Below are positions 1 to 12,778 of a stretch of 64,000 nucleotides of DNA, piece after piece. The DNA comes from Eledone cirrhosa (taxonomy: Eukaryota). Within the stretch, counting starts at the first letter, position 1. Every line of letters starts with the position of its first letter. The translations under genes and the position numbers were made by a program. A model generated the notes under the pieces. That model was not told the DNA's origin and did no database searches. It saw nothing but the letters and a program-made list of their open reading frames with translations. Where the stretch lies: positions 19,282,001 to 19,346,000 of the forward strand of contig OZ024746.1 of assembly GCA_964016885.1 (NCBI GenBank), read 5' to 3'.

Positions 1-146
1 TGTCCAAGAGATATTTTTAGCCAACTTACATGTTGTCATTAACGGTATTTGGCTGTTTTAACGGTTATTCTTGCATAAAAGTTTTCAAATTATTTCTATG
101 AATTCTTACTTGAGAATAAAGTAGTATAGTTCTCAATCATTCTTAC

Positions 147-316
147 CTGAATTGCTAACTGCATTACTGAATCAGGACTAAGGTTCTTTGCCTTTATAAA
201 ATTTTTGTTAAACTTTTTATAGTCAATAAAATTCTTCTGCAAACGTCCAGTGGCTTCACTGAATCTCTCTTTGGCATCTGTAATACTTGCTTTAAGTTTG
301 GCATCTAATTGGAAAT
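147..316 (-). CDS. CPT2: CPT2 exon 12 (FQLDAKLKASI...KNLSPDSVMQLAIQ); gene continues beyond the window start
   Basis: SPDxxxQLAxQ motif, donor CAG|GTAAGA, 170 nt. Confidence 0.95.
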
Positions 317-669
317 CTAAGCAATGAAATAAAAAAACAACGGCCATTATTTTGTTTTAATATATTTATAAGAAATAAAAAGACATTTTTTATAAAAGTA
401 TCACCATTATACATTGAACATTTCATTTCCTTTGTTTTGATGTTTTGATTATTAATGAAATGAGGACACTTCACTGACTAGGAAGATAACAGTTAACTCT
501 GAATATAAACTCTACATGAACATGTTGGGCAGTCTCCTGATGGATACTCCAGCATACATGGAAGTTATGGATATGGTATGAGGAGGGATCAAGTGAAAAT
601 TGGGCTTCTATTTCTAGCAGATCTATCAAACATGCTGAAGCTTCATCTTTGGTGCATCATGAAGGTAGT

Positions 670-1055
670 CATCATCATCATTATTATTTAACATCCATTT
701 TCCATGCTTGCATGGGTTAGATGGGTCCTTCTCAGTACAGCATCTCTCCACTTGTAGCATTCCTTTGTCATCTCCTCCATGAGCTTTAGCAATCAGAGAT
801 CAGTTCTCACCACTTCCATCCAGGTCCTCCTTGGCCTTCTACTGCAGTTTCCTTCCACTGGGATTATTTAGCACTTCTTCACCCAGCAATCATCATTTAT
901 GCACATCTCATGTCCATACCAACAGTATCCTCTCTTGCACACTACTTCTGATTCCTCTTAAACCCAGTTTCTCCCTCAGTTCATCCAAGCTCTGCCTTTC
1001 TCACATTAACATTAACATTGCAAATCCATCGAAGCATGCGAGCCTCATGTCTCTC
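670..1055 (-). mobile_element. RTE-clade LINE 3' fragment
   Basis: Similar to 6940-7308 and 57820-58250, with a (GAT)n tail. Confidence 0.7.
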
Positions 1056-1753
1056 CAGCCTTGGCATTCACAGGATTAAACTTTGTCTCAAGATGGAGTT
1101 TCATTGTAGCAGTGCTTATCCCAGTTTCCATGGTGTTAAGCAACTGAGAGCACAAGGCTTTCCCCTGGACAGGACACCAGTCCATCACAGGGTTAAACCT
1201 TCAGTTACTGCTAGTATTTATTTTCAGCTAAGTATACTGGGGTAACGTGAAATGAAGTGTTTTGCTCAACAATATGACACAAAACCCAGTTGAGGAATCA
1301 AACCCACGATATTATGATCATAAGTCCAACACCCTAACCACTAGGCCACATGCCTTTACTTTTCCTTAATAGCTTTATTTAAAATTTTCTGTAGCCAGTT
1401 TTTGCATATCTATTAACAACCTGTGATACTTGTTTATCCAGCTGTATTGTATCACAAGCCTACACCCTTTCCTACATGTAATACTACTACCACTAATTTT
1501 TTTTATTGAGAAATATTTTAAAAATGTCTTACAACCCACACCCATAAACTACTCATGCAGAAAATAAAAGTATTAACAATGAATATTAGAACTCCTACAT
1601 GATTGGAACACACTTCTAATCTATACATACCCAACAATATATGAATGAGCAGTAACAGCAATAGTTTAGAACATTAGTACGAAACCTTCCTAAATGTCAT
1701 TGCCTATTTCAGATAAACATAAAACAAATTTGTACCAAAATATATCAACTATG

Positions 1754-2101
1754 AGGTGACAAATTGGCAGAGTTATTAGAACGTCAGATAGAATGCTTTG
1801 TGATATTTATCATATTCATTCTGACTCTCTGCTCTCTGAGTTTAAATCCAGAAGAGTTCAATTTTGCCTTTCATTCTTTTGAGATCAATAAAAAAAAGTA
1901 CCAGTCTAGTACTGGGGTCTATTCTTCCTCTATATCTCTTTCCCACTTCCATTCTCTCACTTTCTCTCCTTCTCTGGAAGAAACTAGCTGTATTCAGACC
2001 TGGAGAGGACATGGGCTCTGCCAGGTTAAAAAATGCCCAAGAAATGCTGTATGCCACTACAGCATCCCTATGACTCCATCAAGAGTTACAGGACCATACC
2101 A
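1754..2101 (+). mobile_element. Longer SINE variant with the same head and core but a different ~170-bp tail. Other copies ~21277-21618, 24417-24617 (tail), 35785-36105, 40092-40397
   Basis: Shared core plus tail ttcttcctctatatctc...cagacctggag...gggctctgccagg...ccatacca. Confidence 0.8.
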
Positions 2102-2249
2102 TATTACTAACTCACTTGTTCCAATCTCTGGGCTAAGTAATCAATCAGAATAAATTGTAGGAAACTGAAGTGGTCATGGTGGTATTAAAGTCTTCAATAA
2201 TATAGGAACAGGCTGAACAACAAAAAACAGATGCAATTTACCTAACTGT

Positions 2250-2502
2250 CACATTATCTGATATCGTGGGCATGTGGTTAGAATGTCACAGGAAAGTAGT
2301 GTGGGACCAATTTTATGGGCAAAACCAATTGGCAGGAGACCAAGGGTAGACTCCAGGCAAGACGGTTGGATAACATCCATGAACTTGGCTGGACTTGCTT
2401 GGGGATCCTGTCGGATACTTTGGAGACAGTTGCTTCTGACAGGACCCACTGGAAGGAGTATTTGAGGACTCTGACCCCCCATGACCCTCCCAGGAATAAG
2501 TT
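2250..2502 (+). mobile_element. 3' fragment of a second RTE-like family (inverted relatives at ~36765-37085 and ~47480-47860)
   Basis: GHVVRM...KPIGRRPR remnant and mutual nucleotide similarity. Confidence 0.65.
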
Positions 2503-2536
2503 TGGAAGAAGAAGAAAAAAAACAGAAGCTTCTTAC

Positions 2537-2736
2537 CTAATTGTTTAACATGTTTTGAAGAATCTGTTGATGATGAAGGCAATGTATCAGGACCAGCAAC
2601 TGGTCTATCAATGGAATCTTTCACTACTTCATTAACATAACGTAGCACAGCTACACCATCTCCCCATGAATGTTCAAAGTTAATGCAAGCTCCACCATTA
2701 CTAGATATTATTGGATTGATAGATTTATCAAACCAC
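2537..2736 (-). CDS. CPT2: CPT2 exon 11 with catalytic His (RWFDKS...[13 protein letters not shown])
   Basis: Acyltransferase signature RWFDKS and catalytic FEHSWGDG. Donor GTAAGA, 200 nt. Confidence 0.97.
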
Positions 2737-3275
2737 CTGTTATTACAGAATAAAACAATTGATATTAAGTTATTTTATTTTACAAAGCTCTTTATTCAAA
2801 ACAAAACACACTATTAAAGGGAACAAAAGAAAAAAAGAATCAAGCAATAAAAGAAAGGGAGAGGGACAAGCACTACACCCCATTCTGAGCAGTTTTTCAG
2901 CCATGCCCCATGGACAAAATGGCGAGGATATTACAGTGGAGAATGACCAGAGACACTTGCTGCAACAAGTCTCTTGCAGCAAACAGTATTCAATATCCAT
3001 CTTGCAGCAAACAGTATTCAATATCCATGACTCTGAACTGTTCAGAAACGGATAAATTGCTTTCTATCATTTCAACCAGATTACCAATCTCGGTTGTTCA
3101 CCCCTCCCTTTACATTTTCTTTAATATTGTAACATTAAAAGAATATATCTTTCTGAATGAATCGCCAGCAATTTATAATGTTATCTAAGCATTTGTAATG
3201 TTATTTATGTATATATTTAAAAAATATTTGTTACTGTAAATTTATTTATATGCTTTTAAAATGTTGAGTGAAACT

Positions 3276-3637
3276 CAGATAAATTTACACCTGTTAGAGC
3301 CCATCAGATAAATTTACACCTGTTAGAGCCATCACCATCAGATAAATTTACACCTGTTAGAGCCCATCAGATAAATTTACACCTGTTAGAGCCCATCAGA
3401 TAAATTTACACCTGTTAGAGCCCATCAGATAAATTTACACCTGTTAGAGCCCATCAGATAAATTTACACCTGTTAGAGCCCATCAGATAAATTTACACCT
3501 GTTAGAGCCATCACCATCAGATAAATTTACACCTGTTAGAGCCCATCAGATAAATTTACACCTGTTAGAGCCCATCAGATAAATTTACACCTGTTAGAGC
3601 CATCACCATCAGATAAATTTACACCTGTTAGAGCCAT
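3276..3637. repeat. Minisatellite, 12 copies of a 29/34-bp unit cagataaatttacacctgttagagcc(atcac)cat
   Basis: Counted directly. Long variant at units 2, 8 and 11. Confidence 0.97.
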
Positions 3638-3750
3638 CTCTATCAGACACCTGTTCATGCTAGCATGGAAGATGGATGTTAAATGATGAAGATGATGATA
3701 CCTATTAGAGCAGCTATCTCTATCAGACAAATTTACACCTGTTCATATAC

Positions 3751-3871
3751 CTGTTAGAACCATCTCCATGTAGATAAGTCTCCATAATTTCAATTGTACT
3801 CTCTGGTGAATGATGATCTAGTGATATAGCAAATAGTGCTCCATCTAGTTCCCTTAGTGTTGCCTCATTCC
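3751..3871 (-). CDS. CPT2: CPT2 exon 10 (NEATLRELDGALFAISLD...YLHGDGSN)
   Basis: LHGDGxNRW motif split across the intron. AG/GT boundaries, 121 nt. Confidence 0.95.
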
Positions 3872-4424
3872 CTGAAATATAAGAAAACATAAACAATAAA
3901 AGAAGTGAAGATAAGACAAACATTATATATTTAATTTATAAAGAATGTCTACTTAAATTTGTTTCCCTTGGTCACTGGATATGAATAAATCTTTCAGGAA
4001 GGGAAAGTGGAAGGTATCCTGAAATTGATGTTTGTACTTGAATACTTGCAACAGAATGGATTCTGCTAAAGACACCCAAGGTGGTTTACATAGGAGTGTT
4101 AAACAAGGCAGCCAATTAATTCTATCACCTAATGGCCATGAATCTTGGATAATAACAGAAAGAATACTATTGCAAATACCAGCAGCTGAAATGGGCTTCC
4201 TCAAAATGTAACATTACTTGATAGAGTGTATAGCATAGAGATCAGAGCATCACTCCAGGTAGAGCTGCTATTTCTCTGAATTGAGAGATCACAGCTCCAA
4301 TATCACATTACATATATATACACACATATATATATGTAATGTGATAACATTGCATAACATATTCTTATGACAACTATAGTCAAGACCAATGTGGTATATA
4401 TATACAAATATAACTATATATGTG

Positions 4425-4466
<42 letters not shown>

Positions 4467-6051
4467 CATGTAATGTGATAACAGCTATAGTCAAGATCTC
4501 AAGTCATGTGACATACACATGCATATATGCAACTGTGCTAGTCGGCCATTTGCAATATGGTAAGTCATATAACAGATACAACAAACAATAGTTTTATTAT
4601 TGAGGTTGACATTATAAAAGGCACACCATTGACTTTGTAGTGACCTACATTCTGCAGGCTCACATACATTCTCTGTGCGTGATTTGGCTCAGCTCAGCCA
4701 ATCAGCACCAGTAGAAGAGAATGTATCACTACGCGCCCTGAGGGAGAAATACCCGCATGGATTTGAGAAATCTCTCTCTTGCACACTGACTTCGAAAAGG
4801 TAAACACCTAACTTTCTTTCGTCGTGAAATCACTAGCCAACATGTAACACAACAACTTAACCACGGCCTGGCAACACTTCAGCCAGTAGATGGTGCCTCC
4901 TGAACTCTTAATTCGTTTGTTTTATCTCTCTTGGCATGCCAGCTACTCAGCTCCACTCAGCTCAACCTTATTAATAAATAATGTAAAACAAGCAAAGTCG
5001 TTGTCGATATTCCTAACATCTTACTACCAAACTTTTATCACAGCAATGCTTTAAATGTGATATGGAAGGATTCCTTCCAGAGGTATTATCACAGCAGCAA
5101 CAGAACCTGAGACTTACAGCCTAACTTCGATTCTTCGTGGTGATACATCTACTTTTAAAACCATCCTGTTAAAACTGGTAACTTTCGACACAGGAGTATT
5201 TAGACAAGAAAAGCTCCTTTACAATATATATATACACCAACCCAGCATCCTGTTAAAACTTTTACAACATAATGCAAATGTTAAAATGCAAATGAATTTT
5301 GCAAATGGCTGATTTAGAATCAAGTCAATTTGGTGCATTTATCTACTGATTATAGAAGGATCAATCGATAAGATCCCAGACTTCATTCACTTACTGAGTT
5401 GGGTGGAACTCATCAAACTGGACCAAGGAAACAATGTTTCCATTGGTCTTTTCATTGCCTATACAATCTACCAATCACAATTCCTAGCAGAAAGAGTAAA
5501 TGAAATAAAGTGTCTTGCTGAAAGACATAATGCATCACCTGGTCAGAGAATCGAATACACAACGTCACGATTGTGAATCCAACTCCCTAACTAATAAGCC
5601 ACATGCCTTCACAACTGATTATAAAAAAGATAATTATGGAGGATTGACAGTTGTTAAACTTATCACCAGAAAAGACTACAAGTGACTATAAACTCTAATA
5701 CAAAGTTTACCAGCAATTTTGAATAGGCAGGGAACTATTTGTTAATGGACAAAATTTAGCCTGCCGTAAAACTGGAAACCTTTATGAAAAAAATGTTTAT
5801 ACCTTAATACCATCATCATCATTTAATGTTTATTTTCAATGCTAGCATAGGTCAGATGAGTTGTCCCGTTGTGAGACAAGTCAGATCAGGTGATCATATC
5901 TTGCTCATACAAAACTGTTTCTGGCTTGTTTTCTACGGCTGGATGACCTTCCTAACATTTAATATAGATGGCAGACATGCTTCATATTTCCAGACATATG
6001 TAAAATTAGAGATTCATTATTTTTCTCAGTACGTAAACAATATCAGAAATT

Positions 6052-6177
6052 CTTGCAAAAGGCCATTAGTACATCAAAGGTTCAGTACCTCTACTTGCAA
6101 AAGGCCATTAGTACATCAAAGGTTCAGTACCTCTACTTGCAAAAGGCCATTAGTACATCAAAGGTTCAGCACCTCTA
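6052..6177. repeat. Tandem repeat, 3 x 42 bp
   Basis: cttgcaaaaggccattagtacatcaaaggttcagtacctcta x3. Confidence 0.95.
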
Positions 6178-6362
6178 CTCGACCTTCTAAAAACCAAATC
6201 TTCCTCAAATCACACCCTCACATCTTAAAAAAGTCCCATTGGATAATGTAGTGTATCGGAATAAAAATGGGTTGGTCATAGCTGAAATGCCTTTGATCAG
6301 AGATCTGTTCAGTGTTCAGTTAGGATTGACCTAGGGCTATACAACAACAATAGTTAAGTTAC

Positions 6363-6509
6363 CTGTTTCTATAAGGTGTTGTCGAACACCTGCCCAAACA
6401 TCTCTGTTCTCAGTGGTCATCAAAGCAAGAGGGTAATCAGCAACTGGTCGAGGATTACTACAGATGTATTTTAAATGTGCAAGTATTTCGTCAGCTTGTT
6501 TGATACTAC
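6363..6509 (-). CDS. CPT2: CPT2 exon 9 (SIKQADEILAHLKYIC...PLALMTTENRDVWAGVRQHLIET)
   Basis: AHLKYI and TxENRDxWA motifs. AG/GT boundaries, 147 nt. Confidence 0.95.
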
Positions 6510-6872
6510 CTGAAAAACAAAATCAAAATGTTGTATTCACACTATTACCTACAATGAGAAATTTTTATGTTTCAATAAAAAAAAGTCTAAAAGACTGTCT
6601 TGAGCCCTGGGGCTCATCAGGCCAGTGCTTATCCCAGCTTCTGTGGCATGAAGTGACAGAGTACAAAACTTCCCCTGGACAGAACGCCAATCTATTGTAG
6701 CGTTATTGGTACTGCTGGTACTCATTTTCAGCTGAATATACTGGAACAATGTGAAATGTATGTTTCGCTTAAGAACAGAACACACAACCCATTCCAGGAA
6801 TTGAACACACAACGTTATGAATATTAAAACTCTCTACTTCGGTATTGAGTAGTCTTTTCACTCAGCTGTCAA

Positions 6873-6917
<45 letters not shown>

Positions 6918-6939
6918 TATATATATATAGATATCTCAT

Positions 6940-7308
6940 CATTTTACATCCACTTTTCCCTGCTTGCAAGAATGGGACGGGTCCTATTCAGTACAGCATC
7001 TCTCCACTTGTCACGGTCCTTCGTCATCTCCTCCGTGAGCTTCAGCGATCTGAGGTCTGCTCTCACCCACTCTGCCCATGTTTTTCGTGGTCTTTCTCTA
7101 CTGCGTCTTCCTTCTACTGGGATTTCTTGGCACTTATTTACCCAGCAGTCATCCTCCATGCGCATCACATGTCCATACCATCGTAATCTTCTCTCCCACA
7201 CATTACAACTTATCCCTCTTATACACAGTTTCTCTTTCAACTCATCTATGCTTGGTCGTTCACACACATTGAGATTGCACATCCAACGGAGCATGCTTGC
7301 TTCATTTC
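6940..7308 (-). mobile_element. RTE-clade LINE 3' fragment
   Basis: MLRWMC...ERRLRWYGHVMR...RPRKTW. Confidence 0.85.
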
Positions 7309-7394
7309 ATATATATATATTATATATATATATATAGAAGTGGTTACACAACAGTTAGTTCACCATACATGTTCTGTATAACTATGTCCATTAT

Positions 7395-7430
7395 GAGCTG
7401 AGGATCCGCTAAGGTGAAACAATTGTTCTC
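7395..7430 (+). ncRNA. Minimal type I hammerhead ribozyme motif
   Basis: gag-CTGAGGA-tcc gctaa ggt-GAAA-caattg-TT-ctc. Palindromic stem III, weak stem II, enclosed by a ~32-bp outer stem (7335-7368 with 7432-7463). Confidence 0.65.
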
Positions 7431-8140
7431 GGTATGGTGAACTAAGTTGTGTAACCACTTCTACCTAACTCGTCCCATGGACTGAGTGCTCTAAAGCAAC
7501 GGATATTAATTTCCAGTGTTCTACGACTATATATATATATACATACATATATACATACATACACATACATACACATACATACATACACATACATACATAC
7601 ATATACATACACATACATACATACACATACATACATACATACATATATATATATATATACATACATACACATACATATATATACATACATACACATACAT
7701 ATATATACATACATACACATACATATATATACATACATACACATATATATATATACATACATACACATACATATATATACATACATACACATACATATAT
7801 ATATATACATACACATACATATATATATATACATACACATACATATATATATATACATACATACACATACATACATATACATACATACATACATATACAT
7901 ACATACATACATATACATACATACATACATATACATACATACATACACATACATACATACATACACATACATACATACATATATATACATACATCCATAC
8001 ACACATACACATACATACATATATCCATACACACATACACACATACATACATATATATATACATACATATATATATATACATACATACATATACATATAT
8101 ACATACATATACATACATACACATATATATATACATACAT

Positions 8141-8549
8141 GGTGGCTGCCAACTCGTTTTCGAGTACGGCCACTACTTTATATCCATGTAGGAGAACCCC
8201 TACTGATGCGCTGAACAAGTGTGACTTTTTAGTCCAGCCAGCGACTTGAAAACTCTGGTACAAACACTACACCTGTGACAATTATTGACACATAGTGCTG
8301 GGCCCATGGTACCATGTGATGACAAGTGCAGAGAGATCTCCAGATATAAAGTAATGCCTGTGCTGTGAAGCTTTTATAGTGAGCAAAGGCACTGCACAAA
8401 GCCAGTCCCACTCTCTTAACCAAGATGATATTTATCAAAAAGAAGAACAAGTCAACATCATTGGATACCATCAGGGTTGCAGGTGTTATATCAGAGTTTT
8501 CCTTCTCCTAGAATTCTGCCTTGACAAAGGCTAAGGGGTCATCTCTCCC
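8141..8549 (-). mobile_element. 5'-truncated copy of the same element
   Basis: Near-identical to 9419-9827. Confidence 0.7.
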
Positions 8550-8713
8550 ATATACATACATACATATATATATACATACATACATACATACATACATACA
8601 CATACATACATACATACATACACATACATATACATACATACATATATATATACATACATACATACATATATATACATACATACATACATACATATATATA
8701 TACATACATATAT

Positions 8714-8975
8714 GGTGGCTGCCAACTCGTTTTCGAGTACGGCCACTACTTTATATCCATGTAGGAGAACCCCTACCAATGCGCTGAACGAATGTGACTT
8801 TTTAGTCCAGCCAGCGACTTGAAAACTCTGGTACAAACACTACACTTGTGACAATTATTGACACATAGTGCTGGGCCCATGGTACCATGTGACGACCAGT
8901 GCAGAGAGATCTCCAGATATAAAGCAATGCCTGTGCTGTGAAGCTTTTATAGTGAGCAAAGGCACTGCACAAAGC
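8714..8975 (-). mobile_element. 5'-truncated copy of the same element
   Basis: Near-identical to 9419-9680. Confidence 0.7.
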
Positions 8976-9115
8976 AGCATATATATATACATATACATAT
9001 ACATACATATACACATACATACATATACACATACATACATATATACATACATACATACATACATACATACATACATACATACATACACACATACACATAC
9101 ATATACATACATATA

Positions 9116-9147
<32 letters not shown>

Positions 9148-9418
9148 CACATACATACACATACATACATATACATATACATACATATACACATACATAC
9201 ATACATATATATACATATACATATATATATATATACATACATATACACATACATACATACATACATATACATACATACATATACATATACATATACATAC
9301 ATACATATACACACATATATACATACATACACATACATATACATACACATATACATATATATACATACACATACATACACATATACATATACATACATAT
9401 ATACATATACATACATAT

Positions 9419-10025
9419 GGTGGCTGCCAACTCGTTTTCGAGTACGGCCACTACTTTATATCCATGTAGGAGAACCCCTACCGAAGCGCTGAACGAGTGT
9501 GACTTTTTAGTCCAGCCAGCGACTTGAAAACTCTGGTACAAACACTACACCTGTGACAATTATTGACACATAGTGCTGGGCCCATGGTACCATGTGAGGA
9601 CAAGTGCAGAGAGATCTCCAGATACAAAGCAATGCCTGTGCCGTGAAGCTTTTATAGTGAGCAAAGGCACTGCACAAAGCCAGTCCCACTCTCTTAACCA
9701 AGATGATATTTACCAAAAAGAAGAACAAGTCAACATCATTGGATACCATCAGGGTTGCAGGTGTTATATCAGAGTTTTCCTTCTCCTAGAATTCTGCCTT
9801 GACAAAGGCTAAGGGGTCATCTCTCCCGGTGATTTTGGATGGCCATTGACTTTTAAGAGCTCCTTTGCCCTTTGACAGGTTTTGTTTTTAGTCCTGCAGG
9901 ATGTCCAAAGTCACCCTCCTCACCAAGAAACCTTGGTGGGGTTGCCAGTTTAGTCGCCAACGACCCGACCATGAGACAGGTTGTACTGGGATACATGTTA
10001 CCAGTAGCACCAACTGGTGACCTGA
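9419..10025 (-). mobile_element. Longest copy of a ~600-bp non-coding retroposon-like element
   Basis: Shares its 3' end (...ttggcagccacc followed by (TATG)n) with two shorter copies. No ORF. Confidence 0.7.
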
Positions 10026-10039
10026 CATACATATATACA

Positions 10040-10075
<36 letters not shown>

Positions 10076-10467
10076 CATACATACATACATACATACATAC
10101 ATACATACATACATACACATACATACATATATATACATACATACATACATACATACATATACATACATACATATATATATATACATACATACATACATAC
10201 ATATATATACATACATACATACATATATATACATACATACATATATATACATACATACATACATATATATACATACATACATACATACATATATACATAC
10301 ATACATATACATACATACATACATATATATACATACATACATATATATACATACATACATACATACATATATACATACATACATATATATATACATACAT
10401 ACATATATACATACATACATATATATATACATACATATATATATACATACATATATATATACATACA

Positions 10468-10532
<65 letters not shown>

Positions 10533-10579
10533 ATATACATACATATATATATACATACATATATATATATATACATACA

Positions 10580-10620
<41 letters not shown>

Positions 10621-10758
10621 ATACATACATATATATATACATACATATATATATATATACATACATATATATATATATACATACATATATATATATATAC
10701 ATACATACATATATATACATACATACATATATATATACATATATATATATATACATAC

Positions 10759-10791
<33 letters not shown>

Positions 10792-10804
10792 CATATATAC
10801 ATAC

Positions 10805-10837
<33 letters not shown>

Positions 10838-10882
10838 CATATATACATACATATATATATACATACATATATATATACATAC

Positions 10883-10913
<31 letters not shown>

Positions 10914-11242
10914 CATACATATATATATACATACATATATATACACACATACATACATACACATACATATATATACACACATACATACATACACATACAT
11001 ATATATACACACATACATACACATACATATATATACACACATACATACACATACATATATATACACACATACATACACATACATATATATACACACATAC
11101 ATACATACATACATACATACATACATACACATACATACATACATACATACATACACATACATACATATATATACATACATACATACATACATATATATAC
11201 ATACATACATATACATACATACATACATACATATATACATAC

Positions 11243-11276
<34 letters not shown>

Positions 11277-11532
11277 ATATATATACATACATATATACAT
11301 ACATATATATACATACATACATATACATACATACATATATATACATACATACATATATATACATACATACATATATATATACATACATATATATATACAT
11401 ACATATATATATACATACATATATATATACATACATATATATATACATACATATATATATACATACATATATATATACATACATATATACATACATACAT
11501 ATATACATACATACATATACATACATACATAC

Positions 11533-11564
<32 letters not shown>

Positions 11565-11870
11565 ACATACATATATATATATATATACATATATACATAC
11601 ATATATATATATATACATACATATATATATATATACGTACATATATATATATACATACATATATATATATATACATATATATATATACATACATATATGT
11701 ATATATACCCCGCCCAACTGTGACTGATAGCACCCCTTATTTTTATTTTTTTATTTTTATTTTTATTTTTACTTTTATTTTTATTTTTATTCTTATCCTC
11801 TATCGTCTATTATTACCTTTCATTCTTCAATGTCTTGGATTTGTTATTGCTTGTATGGTATGTAATTAAC

Positions 11871-11928
11871 CTTTATGCTCTGATGAGTCCCACTTATAGT
11901 GCGGATGAAACAATGTTAGCAAGTAAAG
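11871..11928 (+). ncRNA. Minimal type I hammerhead ribozyme motif
   Basis: cttta tgct-CTGATGA-gtcc cac ttata gtg c ggat-GAAA-caatg-TT-agca ag taaag. Stems I and II pair. Confidence 0.8.
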
Positions 11929-11973
11929 ATATGCATATGCTATAGGCGTTCTTTGTTATTTATTTATTATATA

Positions 11974-12008
<35 letters not shown>

Positions 12009-12509
12009 CTACATACATACATATATCTACATACATATATATATCTACATACATATATATATCTACATACATATATATATATACATACATATATATATCT
12101 ACATACATATATATATCTACATACATATATATATCTACATACATATATATATATACATATACTCATACATATACACATACATATATACATACATATACAT
12201 ACATACATACACATATATATCTACATACATATATATCTACATACATATACATACATACATACACATATATATCTACATACATATATATCTACATACATAT
12301 ACATACATACACATATATATCTACATACATATATATCTACATACATATACATACATACATACACATATATATCTACATACATATATATCTACATACATAT
12401 ACATATATACATACATACATACACACATACATACATACACACATACATATACATACATATATATATATATACATACATACATATATATATACATACATAC
12501 ATACATACG

Positions 12510-12778
<269 letters not shown>

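Noticed and set aside
3276-3637. CRISPR-like 29-34 bp repeats
   Set aside because: Head-to-tail with no unique spacers, no cas genes, and a eukaryotic intron context.
4637-5270. Possible solo LTR (TGTAGTG start, AATAAA, ...AACA end)
   Set aside because: No partner LTR, PBS, PPT or convincing TSD found by eye.
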